Assembly (NCBI GenBank): GCA_964641255.1
Contig: CAZXMM010000001.1
Span: 409,984 to 473,983, forward strand
Direction of reading: 5' to 3'
DNA length: 64,000 nt
Source of the DNA: an uncultured Gammaproteobacteria bacterium
GTDB taxonomy: Bacteria; Patescibacteriota; Microgenomatia; JAMCZE01
Part shown: piece by piece, positions 48,503 through 56,857 of the stretch
How positions within the stretch are numbered: the stretch's first letter is position 1
How the letters are laid out: every line of letters begins with the position of its first letter
Program-made: the position numbers and the translations under genes
The notes under the pieces: generated by a model
Database searches by the model: none
The model's input: the letters and a program-made list of their open reading frames with translations, nothing else
What the model was told of the DNA's origin: nothing

Positions 48503-49375
48503 ATGAAGATTTATATTTTGCCAGTCGATAAGGAATTGCAACCGCACAAACAACCTTTTAAGTATCCAAAACATAACAATTTTTATGGTGTTGAGCAGGA
48601 CTTTTATGCATTTTTAACTACACATCGTCAGTTGTTGACAACTGATGAAAATAAGGCTGATTGGCATTATCTACCGATTTATTGGACACGACGACATCAT
48701 AATAAAGGTACTAGCAATGCGGCCCTTAAAGAATTGCAAGAAAAAGTTGACAAAATCATAGTAAACTCAAAAAAAACCTTTACCATTTGCCAGTATGATG
48801 ATGGACCTATGGTCAAATTAGGCAAAGGACAAGTTTTTCTATCCTCAAGAAAGTCGTACGTTGGCCTTGATATTCCTTTATTATCCGCGACTCATCGGTT
48901 TCCGCTGTTTAAACAATCAAAAAAGTATTTAGCTTCCTTCGTTGGAAGATTCTCAACACACCCTATACGACAGAGAATGGCTGAAAAGCTGAGTAACAGA
49001 CCTGGTCTTTTTATTAAAGACGGTGAGATCTCAGAAGGCGACTTTGTTAAGTTGATTCTAAGATCATATGTTTCGCTTTGCCCCCGAGGCTATGGGGGAA
49101 GTTCTTTTAGATTTTTTGAATCTCTGCAGTTAGGTGTTGTTCCTTTAATGATAGGTAATGTAGATACGAGACCCTTTAAAGAGTTTATTGACTGGAATGC
49201 TATTTCTTTTTTTGCTCGCGACGAAAACTCTGCCCTAGCTATTTTAGAAAAAGCAAATCTTAAACAGCTACTCAATATGGGTCAGAGAGCGCTGTCATTT
49301 TATCGATCAGATCTAGACTATGGCAAATGGTGTAAATACGTTATTATGGAACTGAAAAGGAGACAGTCTCAATAG
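48503..49375 (+). CDS. Exostosin-like (GT47 family) glycosyltransferase
   Basis: C-terminal LCPRGYGGSSFRFFESLQLGVVPLMI matches the exostosin-family consensus C-P-x-G...S-x-R-x-x-E-x-x-x-x-G-C/V-x-P-V. Confidence 0.5.
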   Translation: MKIYILPVDKELQPHKQPFKYPKHNNFYGVEQDFYAFLTTHRQLLTTDENKADWHYLPIYWTRRHHNKGTSNAALKELQEKVDKIIVNSKKTFTICQYDDGPMVKLGKGQVFLSSRKSYVGLDIPLLSATHRFPLFKQSKKYLASFVGRFSTHPIRQRMAEKLSNRPGLFIKDGEISEGDFVKLILRSYVSLCPRGYGGSSFRFFESLQLGVVPLMIGNVDTRPFKEFIDWNAISFFARDENSALAILEKANLKQLLNMGQRALSFYRSDLDYGKWCKYVIMELKRRQSQ

Positions 49376-49496
49376 TCTAGACCTTACTAAACATTATCGC
49401 CGGCACATGCCAGCAAAATTGTGAAAGTTCGAGTCCTGAAAAGAAATATAAAATAATTGTTATTAGTCAAACTGTTTTTATAGAAATCATAAAAAG
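49376..49496. promoter_or_regulatory. Largest intergenic spacer in the locus (121 bp, AT-rich); putative internal promoter / operon boundary
   Basis: Sequence ...gaaatataaaataattgttattagtcaaactgtttttatagaaatcataaaaagATG. The flanking genes are otherwise overlapping or separated by fewer than 15 bp. Confidence 0.35.
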
Positions 49497-50366
49497 ATGA
49501 TAAATCTAAGTTTTTTTATCCCTGCCTATAACTGCGCGACAACCATTGCAGAAGCTGTTGATTCAATTTTCAAGGCTAATTTTGTTAAGGGCGATGAAGT
49601 AATTATTGTGGACGACTGTTCAACTGATCGGACACTAAGAGCTATAACGGCTCAGATGAAAAAGCACCCCGAAATTTTATTGCTAAAACATCCGTTCAAT
49701 AAGGGCGCTGGTGCGGCACGGAACACGGCAATTGAACAAGCTCGGAACAAGCTAGTCTTTTGTTTAGACTCGGACAATTTGCTAGTTCCCAATAGCGTAA
49801 GACCGCTACTTGCCTATCATATCGAAACTAAGTCTGACGCCAGTGCCTTTCAACAGTTGCATTTTTTCAAGAAAACTCCCAGGCATGTTACCCATAAATG
49901 GACATTTCATCCTGGTGTGTATACTCTATCTGAACATCTTTCAAAGTCACAGCTTCCTGGAGCAAGTGGTAATTATTTATTCTCGAAGCAGGCTTGGCTT
50001 AGGGCGGGTCGTTATCCAGAGTTTGTTGGGGCATTAGATTCTTGGTCTTTTGGCTTGCGTCTTCTCGCCACCGGTTCGAAGATGTCAGTCTTTGAGAATA
50101 CGCATTACTTCCATCGCTTTGGCCATGAATCAGATTGGGTGCGGTATTCTCAAAAAAAACACTTTTTTTCTTTAGCTGCTTTGCAGGTAATTATTCCTTT
50201 CCTGGACTTGCTTGATCCGAAGGACATTGAATATATTATGAGTAAAAAAGGAAGGTACAATTGGTTTGAGCACATAGAAAAAAGGCCAATTCGCCTCAGA
50301 AAAACACCGATACAAAGTAGCCGTATCAGAGAGCTAATAAATAAATTAGGTAGTATTAAATCATGA
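49497..50366 (+). CDS. GT2 family glycosyltransferase
   Basis: FIPAYNCATTIAEAVDSI, VIIVDDCSTDRT and CLDSDN. Confidence 0.75.
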   Translation: MINLSFFIPAYNCATTIAEAVDSIFKANFVKGDEVIIVDDCSTDRTLRAITAQMKKHPEILLLKHPFNKGAGAARNTAIEQARNKLVFCLDSDNLLVPNSVRPLLAYHIETKSDASAFQQLHFFKKTPRHVTHKWTFHPGVYTLSEHLSKSQLPGASGNYLFSKQAWLRAGRYPEFVGALDSWSFGLRLLATGSKMSVFENTHYFHRFGHESDWVRYSQKKHFFSLAALQVIIPFLDLLDPKDIEYIMSKKGRYNWFEHIEKRPIRLRKTPIQSSRIRELINKLGSIKS

Positions 50367-51010
50367 GACTACATTTAGGATGTGGAGAAAATTATTTGAA
50401 GGGCTATTGTAATATCGATTTTTCATCGACGCATCATACAGTTCAAAAAAAAGGTGTGGCTGACAGATATGCCAATATTCTCAACTTAAAATATAAGAAA
50501 AGTTCAATTGAAGAAATACGACTGCATCATGTTTTTGAGCACTTTTCTCGAGCTATAGCTTGTGCATTATTGGTTAGTTGGCATTCATGGCTAGAGATTG
50601 GGGGACTTCTCAGAGTTGAAGTTCCTGATTTTGAAAATACTAGTAAGATTTTTGGTAGACTCCTTTCTACTGAACACCAAAGAAATGTCGCAATGCGACA
50701 TATTTTCGGGTCACAGGAAGCTAGCTGGGCAGTGCATTATACAGGTTGGACTGAAAAGACCCTGACTGCTCTTCTTAATAAGCTCGGGTATTCCATTGAG
50801 AAAGTAAATAGATTTACATACAAAGGAACATCAAATCTGGAAGTTTTCGCGCGTAAAGCGCAAAATGATCTTTCAAACGACGCTTCCACTAAAGTAGTCA
50901 AAAGTTTTCTGAAATCTTTCACTCTTGACGGATCTACATCTGAAAAAGAGATTTTATCTGTTTGGCTAAGTGAGTTTAAAAGCCAAGTAGCTAAAGGAGT
51001 ACGGAAGTGA
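50363..51010 (+). CDS. Putative class I SAM-dependent methyltransferase
   Basis: N-terminal MRLHLGCGENYLKGYCNIDF (LxLGCG motif I), then HVFEHF. Confidence 0.5.
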   Translation: MRLHLGCGENYLKGYCNIDFSSTHHTVQKKGVADRYANILNLKYKKSSIEEIRLHHVFEHFSRAIACALLVSWHSWLEIGGLLRVEVPDFENTSKIFGRLLSTEHQRNVAMRHIFGSQEASWAVHYTGWTEKTLTALLNKLGYSIEKVNRFTYKGTSNLEVFARKAQNDLSNDASTKVVKSFLKSFTLDGSTSEKEILSVWLSEFKSQVAKGVRK

Positions 51011-51741
51011 AAGGTGTCAGCGTGGTTATCCCCACTTATAATCGGGAAAAGTTTTTAACGGCAACCATAAATAGTGTACTTAAACAGACTGTCCCCGTTT
51101 TGGAGATTCTGGTTTGTGATGATGGGTCAATGGACCACAGTCGTCAGGTGATAAAGAAAATTGGCAGTACAAAGGTCCACTGGATTGCTGGATCCCACAC
51201 CGGATTGCCAGCTGTAGCAAGAAATCGAGGTATTGAACGGTCAAAAGGGGAGTTGATTGCATTTTTGGACAGTGATGATACCTGGCTACCAGAAAAAATG
51301 GCCAGGCAACTACCTTTTTTTGACGACCCCAAAGTACTAGGGGTAAGCGCGAATGCTTTACGGATGGTGAAAACTATTGAGAGTGGTCGTGTTATCGTTG
51401 GAAACAATAGCAATCTTTCTGTTGCTTCTCTTTTGTTCCAAAATTCAGTCATCTGCAGTTCAATGGTGGTTCGTCGATCTGCCTTGGAAGCTACTGGGGA
51501 CTTCTCTGAAAAAAATTCACTACGAGGATTTGAAGACTATGCCCTTTGGCTTAGGGTGGCAGCCCTTTTTCCGATCAGCTTTGTTGCCGAGCCGCTAGTT
51601 CGTTATCGTGACGAGTTTCAAGACAGTCTGCGTTATGAGTCCGAAAGGGATGTTGTGAAGCAAAAACTTGAAGTATTAAAAAATTTTCTTCCCTGGCTAA
51701 TTTACCATTTTCCATTAATTATTTCATACCACATGCAATGA
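51007..51741 (+). CDS. GT2 family glycosyltransferase
   Basis: GTG start. VSVVIPTYNREKFL, LVCDDGSMDHS and FLDSDDTWLPEK. Confidence 0.75.
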   Translation: MKGVSVVIPTYNREKFLTATINSVLKQTVPVLEILVCDDGSMDHSRQVIKKIGSTKVHWIAGSHTGLPAVARNRGIERSKGELIAFLDSDDTWLPEKMARQLPFFDDPKVLGVSANALRMVKTIESGRVIVGNNSNLSVASLLFQNSVICSSMVVRRSALEATGDFSEKNSLRGFEDYALWLRVAALFPISFVAEPLVRYRDEFQDSLRYESERDVVKQKLEVLKNFLPWLIYHFPLIISYHMQ

Positions 51742-53450
51742 TTGAGATTGGATTATTGGTTGTGGCAACAGGTAAATATATTCAATTTGTCGATCCTTTA
51801 TGGAAGTCAACTAAAAGGTACTTTCTTAAGCAACGCAATATCAGAGTAACTATGTTTGTTTTTACTGATTCTGATACTGTTCCAGCTGGAACTAAACGCC
51901 TGTTTTGGGAACATCGCGCCTTCCCCTTCGCCACTCTTCTTAGGTACCATGTGTTTACAAAGTACCAAAAGACCCTAAAGAAGATGGACTACCTCTTCTA
52001 TTGCGATGCTGACATGGAATTTGTTTCACTAGTAGGCGAAGAGATTCTTGGTAAACGAGTCGCCACCCTTCACCCAGGCTTTTATACTAAAGCTCGAAAA
52101 GATTTTACTTATGAAAATAATTCTAAGTCGACTGCCTATATTTCTCCTGATCAAGGGAAAGCGTATTATTGCGGTGGTTTCAATGGGGGAGAGGTAAAAG
52201 AATTTTTGAATATTGCCCGGATTCTAAAAAGGAATATTGATAAAGATTTGAAAAATGGCATTATCGCTTCACATAACGATGAAAGCCACTATAATTGGTA
52301 TCTCGCTAAACACCTTCCCACGTTGGTTCTTTCACCCTCATACTGCTATCCAGAAGATCTCTTACCAGCGGTTCGGGCGAAAGATCTGAAAAGCGGGATT
52401 AATAAGTTAATTTGGTTTCCGAAGCAACTGTTGGAACTAAAACCAAAATTAATCGCCAGAAGCAAAGACCATAGCAAAATTCGGTATACCGGGATTCGAC
52501 TGTTAATCGAAACACTTATCCAGTCTAAAGAAGTTCTTTTCCTGAAGGGTTTTACTATTCTTAACAGGGTTAGAGTTGAATGGGTTAGGCTAAAATGGCA
52601 CTACTTAAGATTGAAGGAGCAAAGCTATCGTAATTATCTTTTGCAACCGCCTATAAAGGTTATTCAGGTCTCACAAAATAGCGCTGCTAACAGAATGCTC
52701 CTCGTCACAGTGGCCTTTAATTGCGTCTGGACTATAGAGGCGCAAATAGATGCTTTAAAAAAGAACCTTCAGGATCCTTTTACTCACATAATAATTGATA
52801 ATTCTAGTGATAGTGCTAGACGATCAGAAATAGAACAAGTGGCTCGCACAAAGGGGGTGGGTTACATCTCTTTGCCGAAAACACCTTCACATATTTCACC
52901 GAGCATGTCTCATGGACTAGCTCTCAATTATGCTTGCAACTGGACTAGTAAGCACCTTGCGAAGTATGTAGTAATTGGCTTTTTGGATCATGATATTTAT
53001 CCATTCAAGTCGACAAATCTATTTCCAATTATGAAAAAGCAGCCCTTTTACGGCCTCTTACAAAATAGAGAAGAAAAGTGGTACTTATGGCCGGGCTTCA
53101 TGTTTTTTAATAGAGATTTCAGCAACAGTAAGCAAATAAATTTTCTTCCTCAAAATGGTCTTGATACTGGTGGAAGGAATTGGGAATCTATCTACCGCCA
53201 CATAGAAAAATCTTCAATTGAATTTCCCCAGCAGTTTTACGTATCCCTCAGTGACTATAAAAAGCTTCGCAATATTAATGCATTTCCTAAAATACCAATT
53301 TCCAAAAAGAATCAGCTAGTGAAAAAAGATCAATTAATAGAGATAATAGATAGCTGGGTGCATGTGTTTAATGCGTCGAATTGGCGAAAAGCAAATGATA
53401 AGGAAAAAGAAGTTAAAGAATTCTTACTATGGCTAAACAAGCATTCATAA
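51738..53450 (+). CDS. Two-domain glycosyltransferase: N-terminal GT6 domain (ABO blood-group / alpha-1,3-Gal(NAc) transferase family) fused to a C-terminal GT-A (GT2-like) domain
   Basis: N-terminal half aligns motif by motif with mammalian/bacterial GT6: FVFTDSD, DYLFYCDADMEFVSLVGEEILGKRVATLHPGFY, FTYENNSKSTAYISPDQGKAYYCGGFNGGEV and NDESHYNWYLAKHLPTLVLSPSY. C-terminal half (from about aa 300) reads LLVTVAFNCVWTIEAQI...IIIDNSSDSARR...YVVIGFLDHDIYPF, which looks GT-A. Confidence 0.8.
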   Translation: MIEIGLLVVATGKYIQFVDPLWKSTKRYFLKQRNIRVTMFVFTDSDTVPAGTKRLFWEHRAFPFATLLRYHVFTKYQKTLKKMDYLFYCDADMEFVSLVGEEILGKRVATLHPGFYTKARKDFTYENNSKSTAYISPDQGKAYYCGGFNGGEVKEFLNIARILKRNIDKDLKNGIIASHNDESHYNWYLAKHLPTLVLSPSYCYPEDLLPAVRAKDLKSGINKLIWFPKQLLELKPKLIARSKDHSKIRYTGIRLLIETLIQSKEVLFLKGFTILNRVRVEWVRLKWHYLRLKEQSYRNYLLQPPIKVIQVSQNSAANRMLLVTVAFNCVWTIEAQIDALKKNLQDPFTHIIIDNSSDSARRSEIEQVARTKGVGYISLPKTPSHISPSMSHGLALNYACNWTSKHLAKYVVIGFLDHDIYPFKSTNLFPIMKKQPFYGLLQNREEKWYLWPGFMFFNRDFSNSKQINFLPQNGLDTGGRNWESIYRHIEKSSIEFPQQFYVSLSDYKKLRNINAFPKIPISKKNQLVKKDQLIEIIDSWVHVFNASNWRKANDKEKEVKEFLLWLNKHS

Positions 53451-54070
53451 ATGTAACATACGAATCTCTTGTCACACCACCACTTGCTATTGGTGCGTGG
53501 ATACGAAAGGATTTTCCTGGTTTTGATAGGGATTACTTGGCAATCCATTGTTTAATCAGAAAGTATCAGCCCAAAACTTTCCTTGAAATTGGAACAAGCA
53601 CGGGGTTGGGAACCAAAGTAATTTGTACAGCTATTGGGATTAGGAAAGCCCATTGGTGGAATTTATTTGGTTCCCACGACGTATCAACACCAAAGGTTTT
53701 TTCAATCGATGTACCTCCAGGTACTGATCCAACAATTATTTATCCCGCAAAAGAAGACGGTCACCCAGATAAGACAGGAAAATACTGCAAATTTCCCTTC
53801 ACGCAGCTATTTGGCGACTCCCAAACATTTAATTTTAAACCGTACTATCCATTAGATGGTTGGTTCATCGATGGCAAACATAACTTTGAATTTGCTAGTA
53901 AGGATACAAGACAGGCTTTGAAGGCTAAAGCTAAGATAATTATCTGGCATGATATGCAAATCGAAGATGTTGCTCGTGCTGTAGAAATCGTTATGAGAAA
54001 GCAGAAACGATATAGCTGTTATCGTGTTGCGCAAACTCGAATCGCTTTCGCTGTACGCAAGATATCATAA
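53429..54070 (+). CDS. Class I SAM-dependent methyltransferase (CmcI/TylF-like O-methyltransferase fold)
   Basis: FLEIGTSTGLGTKVI (motif I), DGWFIDGKHNFE and IIIWHDM. Confidence 0.55.
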   Translation: MAKQAFINVTYESLVTPPLAIGAWIRKDFPGFDRDYLAIHCLIRKYQPKTFLEIGTSTGLGTKVICTAIGIRKAHWWNLFGSHDVSTPKVFSIDVPPGTDPTIIYPAKEDGHPDKTGKYCKFPFTQLFGDSQTFNFKPYYPLDGWFIDGKHNFEFASKDTRQALKAKAKIIIWHDMQIEDVARAVEIVMRKQKRYSCYRVAQTRIAFAVRKIS

Positions 54071-54957
54071 TGATTATTGTCAAATTAGTGGGTGGCCTGG
54101 GAAACCAAATGTTTCAATACGCGACCGCCCGCGCTCTTGCCGAAAGACACCGTTGTGAATTAAAGCTAGATACTAGTTGGTTCCGCAAGCCTGGATCAGA
54201 TACCCGCCGTTCTTACGGTCTAAGAGTTTTCAATACCGTTAAGGCCCAAGCCACGAAACGGGAAATTAATGCTGTCAAACATCGGAGCGGAAACAAATTG
54301 GACCGAATATTAAGAAGCCATTTTCGGGGTTTTTTTCCGTTGCGTAAAAGCTATTTCTTTGAAGAAAGCGCTCTTCATTTTAGCCCGGAAGTCCTTAAAC
54401 TGACCGATAATTCTTATTTGGAAGGCTTCTTTCAGTATTTGGCGTATTTTCAATCGATTGAAAAAATATTGCAGGATGAATTTCAGTTTATTAAGCAACC
54501 CAACAAGAAAAACAAGCTAATTTTAGATAAAATAGAGATACAAAATTCAGTGTCTGTCCATATCAGGAGAAAAGACTATATTTCTAATAAAAATTATCGT
54601 AGTTATTTTGCCCATCCTAGTAGGCTATATTATAAAAAGGCTATGGAAATGATTAATCGAAAAGTGCCCAGTCCTGACTTCTATATTTTTTCTGATGATA
54701 TACCTTGGGTAAAAAAGCATTTTAAAAATAATCATAACATGCATTTTATTTCCCATAATAAAGGGAAAAACGATTTTGAAGACATGAGACTTATGCAAAG
54801 CTGTAAACACAATATCACTGCCAATAGCTCCTTTAGCTGGTGGGCAGCATGGTTGAACCAAAATCCTCACAAGATCGTAATTACCCCCCGTAAATGGTAC
54901 CAAGACAAATTAGCCGAAATGACTGGGAAGTTTCCTCCTAATTGGACAAAGCTATAA
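54070..54957 (+). CDS. GT11 family alpha-1,2-fucosyltransferase
   Basis: Diagnostic GT11 motifs: MIIVKLVGGLGNQMFQYATARALA, SVHIRRKDYIS and ANSSFSWWAAWLN. Confidence 0.85.
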   Translation: MIIVKLVGGLGNQMFQYATARALAERHRCELKLDTSWFRKPGSDTRRSYGLRVFNTVKAQATKREINAVKHRSGNKLDRILRSHFRGFFPLRKSYFFEESALHFSPEVLKLTDNSYLEGFFQYLAYFQSIEKILQDEFQFIKQPNKKNKLILDKIEIQNSVSVHIRRKDYISNKNYRSYFAHPSRLYYKKAMEMINRKVPSPDFYIFSDDIPWVKKHFKNNHNMHFISHNKGKNDFEDMRLMQSCKHNITANSSFSWWAAWLNQNPHKIVITPRKWYQDKLAEMTGKFPPNWTKL

Positions 54958-54960
54958 ATT

Positions 54961-55764
54961 ATGAAACCACTCATTTCTTATAAGAAAAACGTGTTCTCCC
55001 AGAATGGTGAAGACGGAATTATTGCAGAAATTTTTAGACGTTTGAGGGTGGATAGTGGAGTTTGTATCGAATTTGGGGCTTGGGATGGAATTCATCTAAG
55101 TAATATCCGTAATCTGGTTATAAACGGTTGGACTGGAATATTTATTGAATCCGATAAGGAAAGGTTTAATCAACTAAAAAAGAATTATGCACAAAATAAA
55201 AATGTTATAAGCATTAACGCTACTGTCGGCTCTGGTATAAATAGCCTCCGAGCTATCTTTAGAAGAAAAGGTATCTCACTTTATTTAAATAAAATAGATT
55301 TTTTGAGCATAGATATTGATGGCCTGGATCATCATATTTTTGAGTCGTTAGATTTTAATCCTAAATTAATCTGTATTGAAGCAAATTCTGCCTTTTCACT
55401 AAATGAAAGTCTAAACCAAACTCTCTATTCGAAGGAAACGGGGAGATCTCTTCAATGCTTAACCACGATTGGTGAGTCTAAAAACTATGTTCTCATTTGC
55501 TTCACGGGCAATTGCCTTTTTTTAAGAAAGGATTTATTGGAGCAAACCAATTTGGAAGAGTTGTCTGTTAAAGAAGCTTACACAGCTTTCTTGGACTACC
55601 TAACAGAAAATGAGCGCCAATGGTTATTTCTAGTAAATCTAGGTTTAGTATTTCCGTACCGCCATTTCAAAAATACTTATCTTTCTCTTCAAAGTTTACA
55701 TTTATTGCCTCATCAAATTGCCCTCGCTATTGGCAAACTCTTAAGAGCTAAATTACTCGGATAA
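54961..55764 (+). CDS. FkbM-family methyltransferase (putative)
   Basis: N-terminal FSQNGEDGIIAEIF...GVCIEFGAWDG resembles the FkbM-domain start (SQxGED...DxGA). Confidence 0.45.
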   Translation: MKPLISYKKNVFSQNGEDGIIAEIFRRLRVDSGVCIEFGAWDGIHLSNIRNLVINGWTGIFIESDKERFNQLKKNYAQNKNVISINATVGSGINSLRAIFRRKGISLYLNKIDFLSIDIDGLDHHIFESLDFNPKLICIEANSAFSLNESLNQTLYSKETGRSLQCLTTIGESKNYVLICFTGNCLFLRKDLLEQTNLEELSVKEAYTAFLDYLTENERQWLFLVNLGLVFPYRHFKNTYLSLQSLHLLPHQIALAIGKLLRAKLLG

Positions 55765-55771
55765 TGGATTT

Positions 55772-56848
55772 ATGAATCGTTTTAAACCAGTAAAACTATC
55801 GGTAATAATGCCTGTATATAATGGTGCACTTTATCTACGAGAATCTATTGATAGCGTTCTTCGTCAGACCTTCACAAATTTTGAATTCATCATTATTGAT
55901 GATGGTTCTACTGATAAAACACAAGAAATTGTTGAGTCTTATTCTGATTTACGAATTAAGCTAGTAAAAAACTCTAAGAATTTAGGAATAGTTGACAGCC
56001 TGAATATTGGTCTGGTTAAAGCAACTGGTGAGTACGTCATCAGAGTAGACGCCGATGATATCTGTGTTAGAACTCGTTTTGAGAAGCAGGTTAAGTTTAT
56101 GGATGGTCACCCTACAGTGGGTGTTTGTGGAAGTGCCATAAGGATTTTTTCTAGAATTCCTGTGATTGGTATGACAATTGTAAAGCCTGTTAGCCATCGT
56201 GAGATCGTCTCGGAAATGCTTTTTCGCAATGTTATCCAACACCCAACTGTCATTTTGAGGAAAAACCTTTTCCAAAAGTACAAGCTTCGCTACCGGAGTT
56301 TATATCCACATGCGGAAGATTATGATTTGTGGTCCCGGGCCGGTAGGCTTTTTGATTTGGCAAATCTTCGTGAAGCCTTGTTGTATTACCGCTATCATTC
56401 AAAATCGATAGGCGCTACTTCTAATATCGTTCAACAAGCTAATGTTAGACAAGTCAGGCAAGAATATTGGAAATCATTGGGCATCAAACTTGATCCCGAC
56501 GAAATTGCTTTATTGCACAGTGTCTGCGACCTGTCTGTTGCTCCGATAGACGAGTTTACAGCTGCAAAGGTAGGAGCAGCCTTGTTAAGCTTTCAGTCCC
56601 AAGTGAATAAAAAAAATCTCTTTCCGCCGAAGTTTATTTCTAAACATACCTCCAAGCAGTGGTACGCTTTTTGTGCCAAACTCTCCACTCTTGGCCTAGT
56701 GGCCTGGAGATTATATTGGCAGTCTCCTCTTAGCAAAGCGGCAGCTTTGAGCATTTCAGATCGATTAATTTTCCTAATGCATTGTTCATTAAAAATGAGC
56801 GACTTTACTCTCCAAAGGAAACTTGCCAGACTGATTGCCGGTTGGTAG
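55772..56848 (+). CDS. GT2 family glycosyltransferase with about 120 aa C-terminal extension
   Basis: LSVIMPVYNGALYL, FIIIDDGSTDKT and RVDADDI. Confidence 0.8.
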   Translation: MNRFKPVKLSVIMPVYNGALYLRESIDSVLRQTFTNFEFIIIDDGSTDKTQEIVESYSDLRIKLVKNSKNLGIVDSLNIGLVKATGEYVIRVDADDICVRTRFEKQVKFMDGHPTVGVCGSAIRIFSRIPVIGMTIVKPVSHREIVSEMLFRNVIQHPTVILRKNLFQKYKLRYRSLYPHAEDYDLWSRAGRLFDLANLREALLYYRYHSKSIGATSNIVQQANVRQVRQEYWKSLGIKLDPDEIALLHSVCDLSVAPIDEFTAAKVGAALLSFQSQVNKKNLFPPKFISKHTSKQWYAFCAKLSTLGLVAWRLYWQSPLSKAAALSISDRLIFLMHCSLKMSDFTLQRKLARLIAGW

Positions 56849-56857
56849 TCTCAATAT

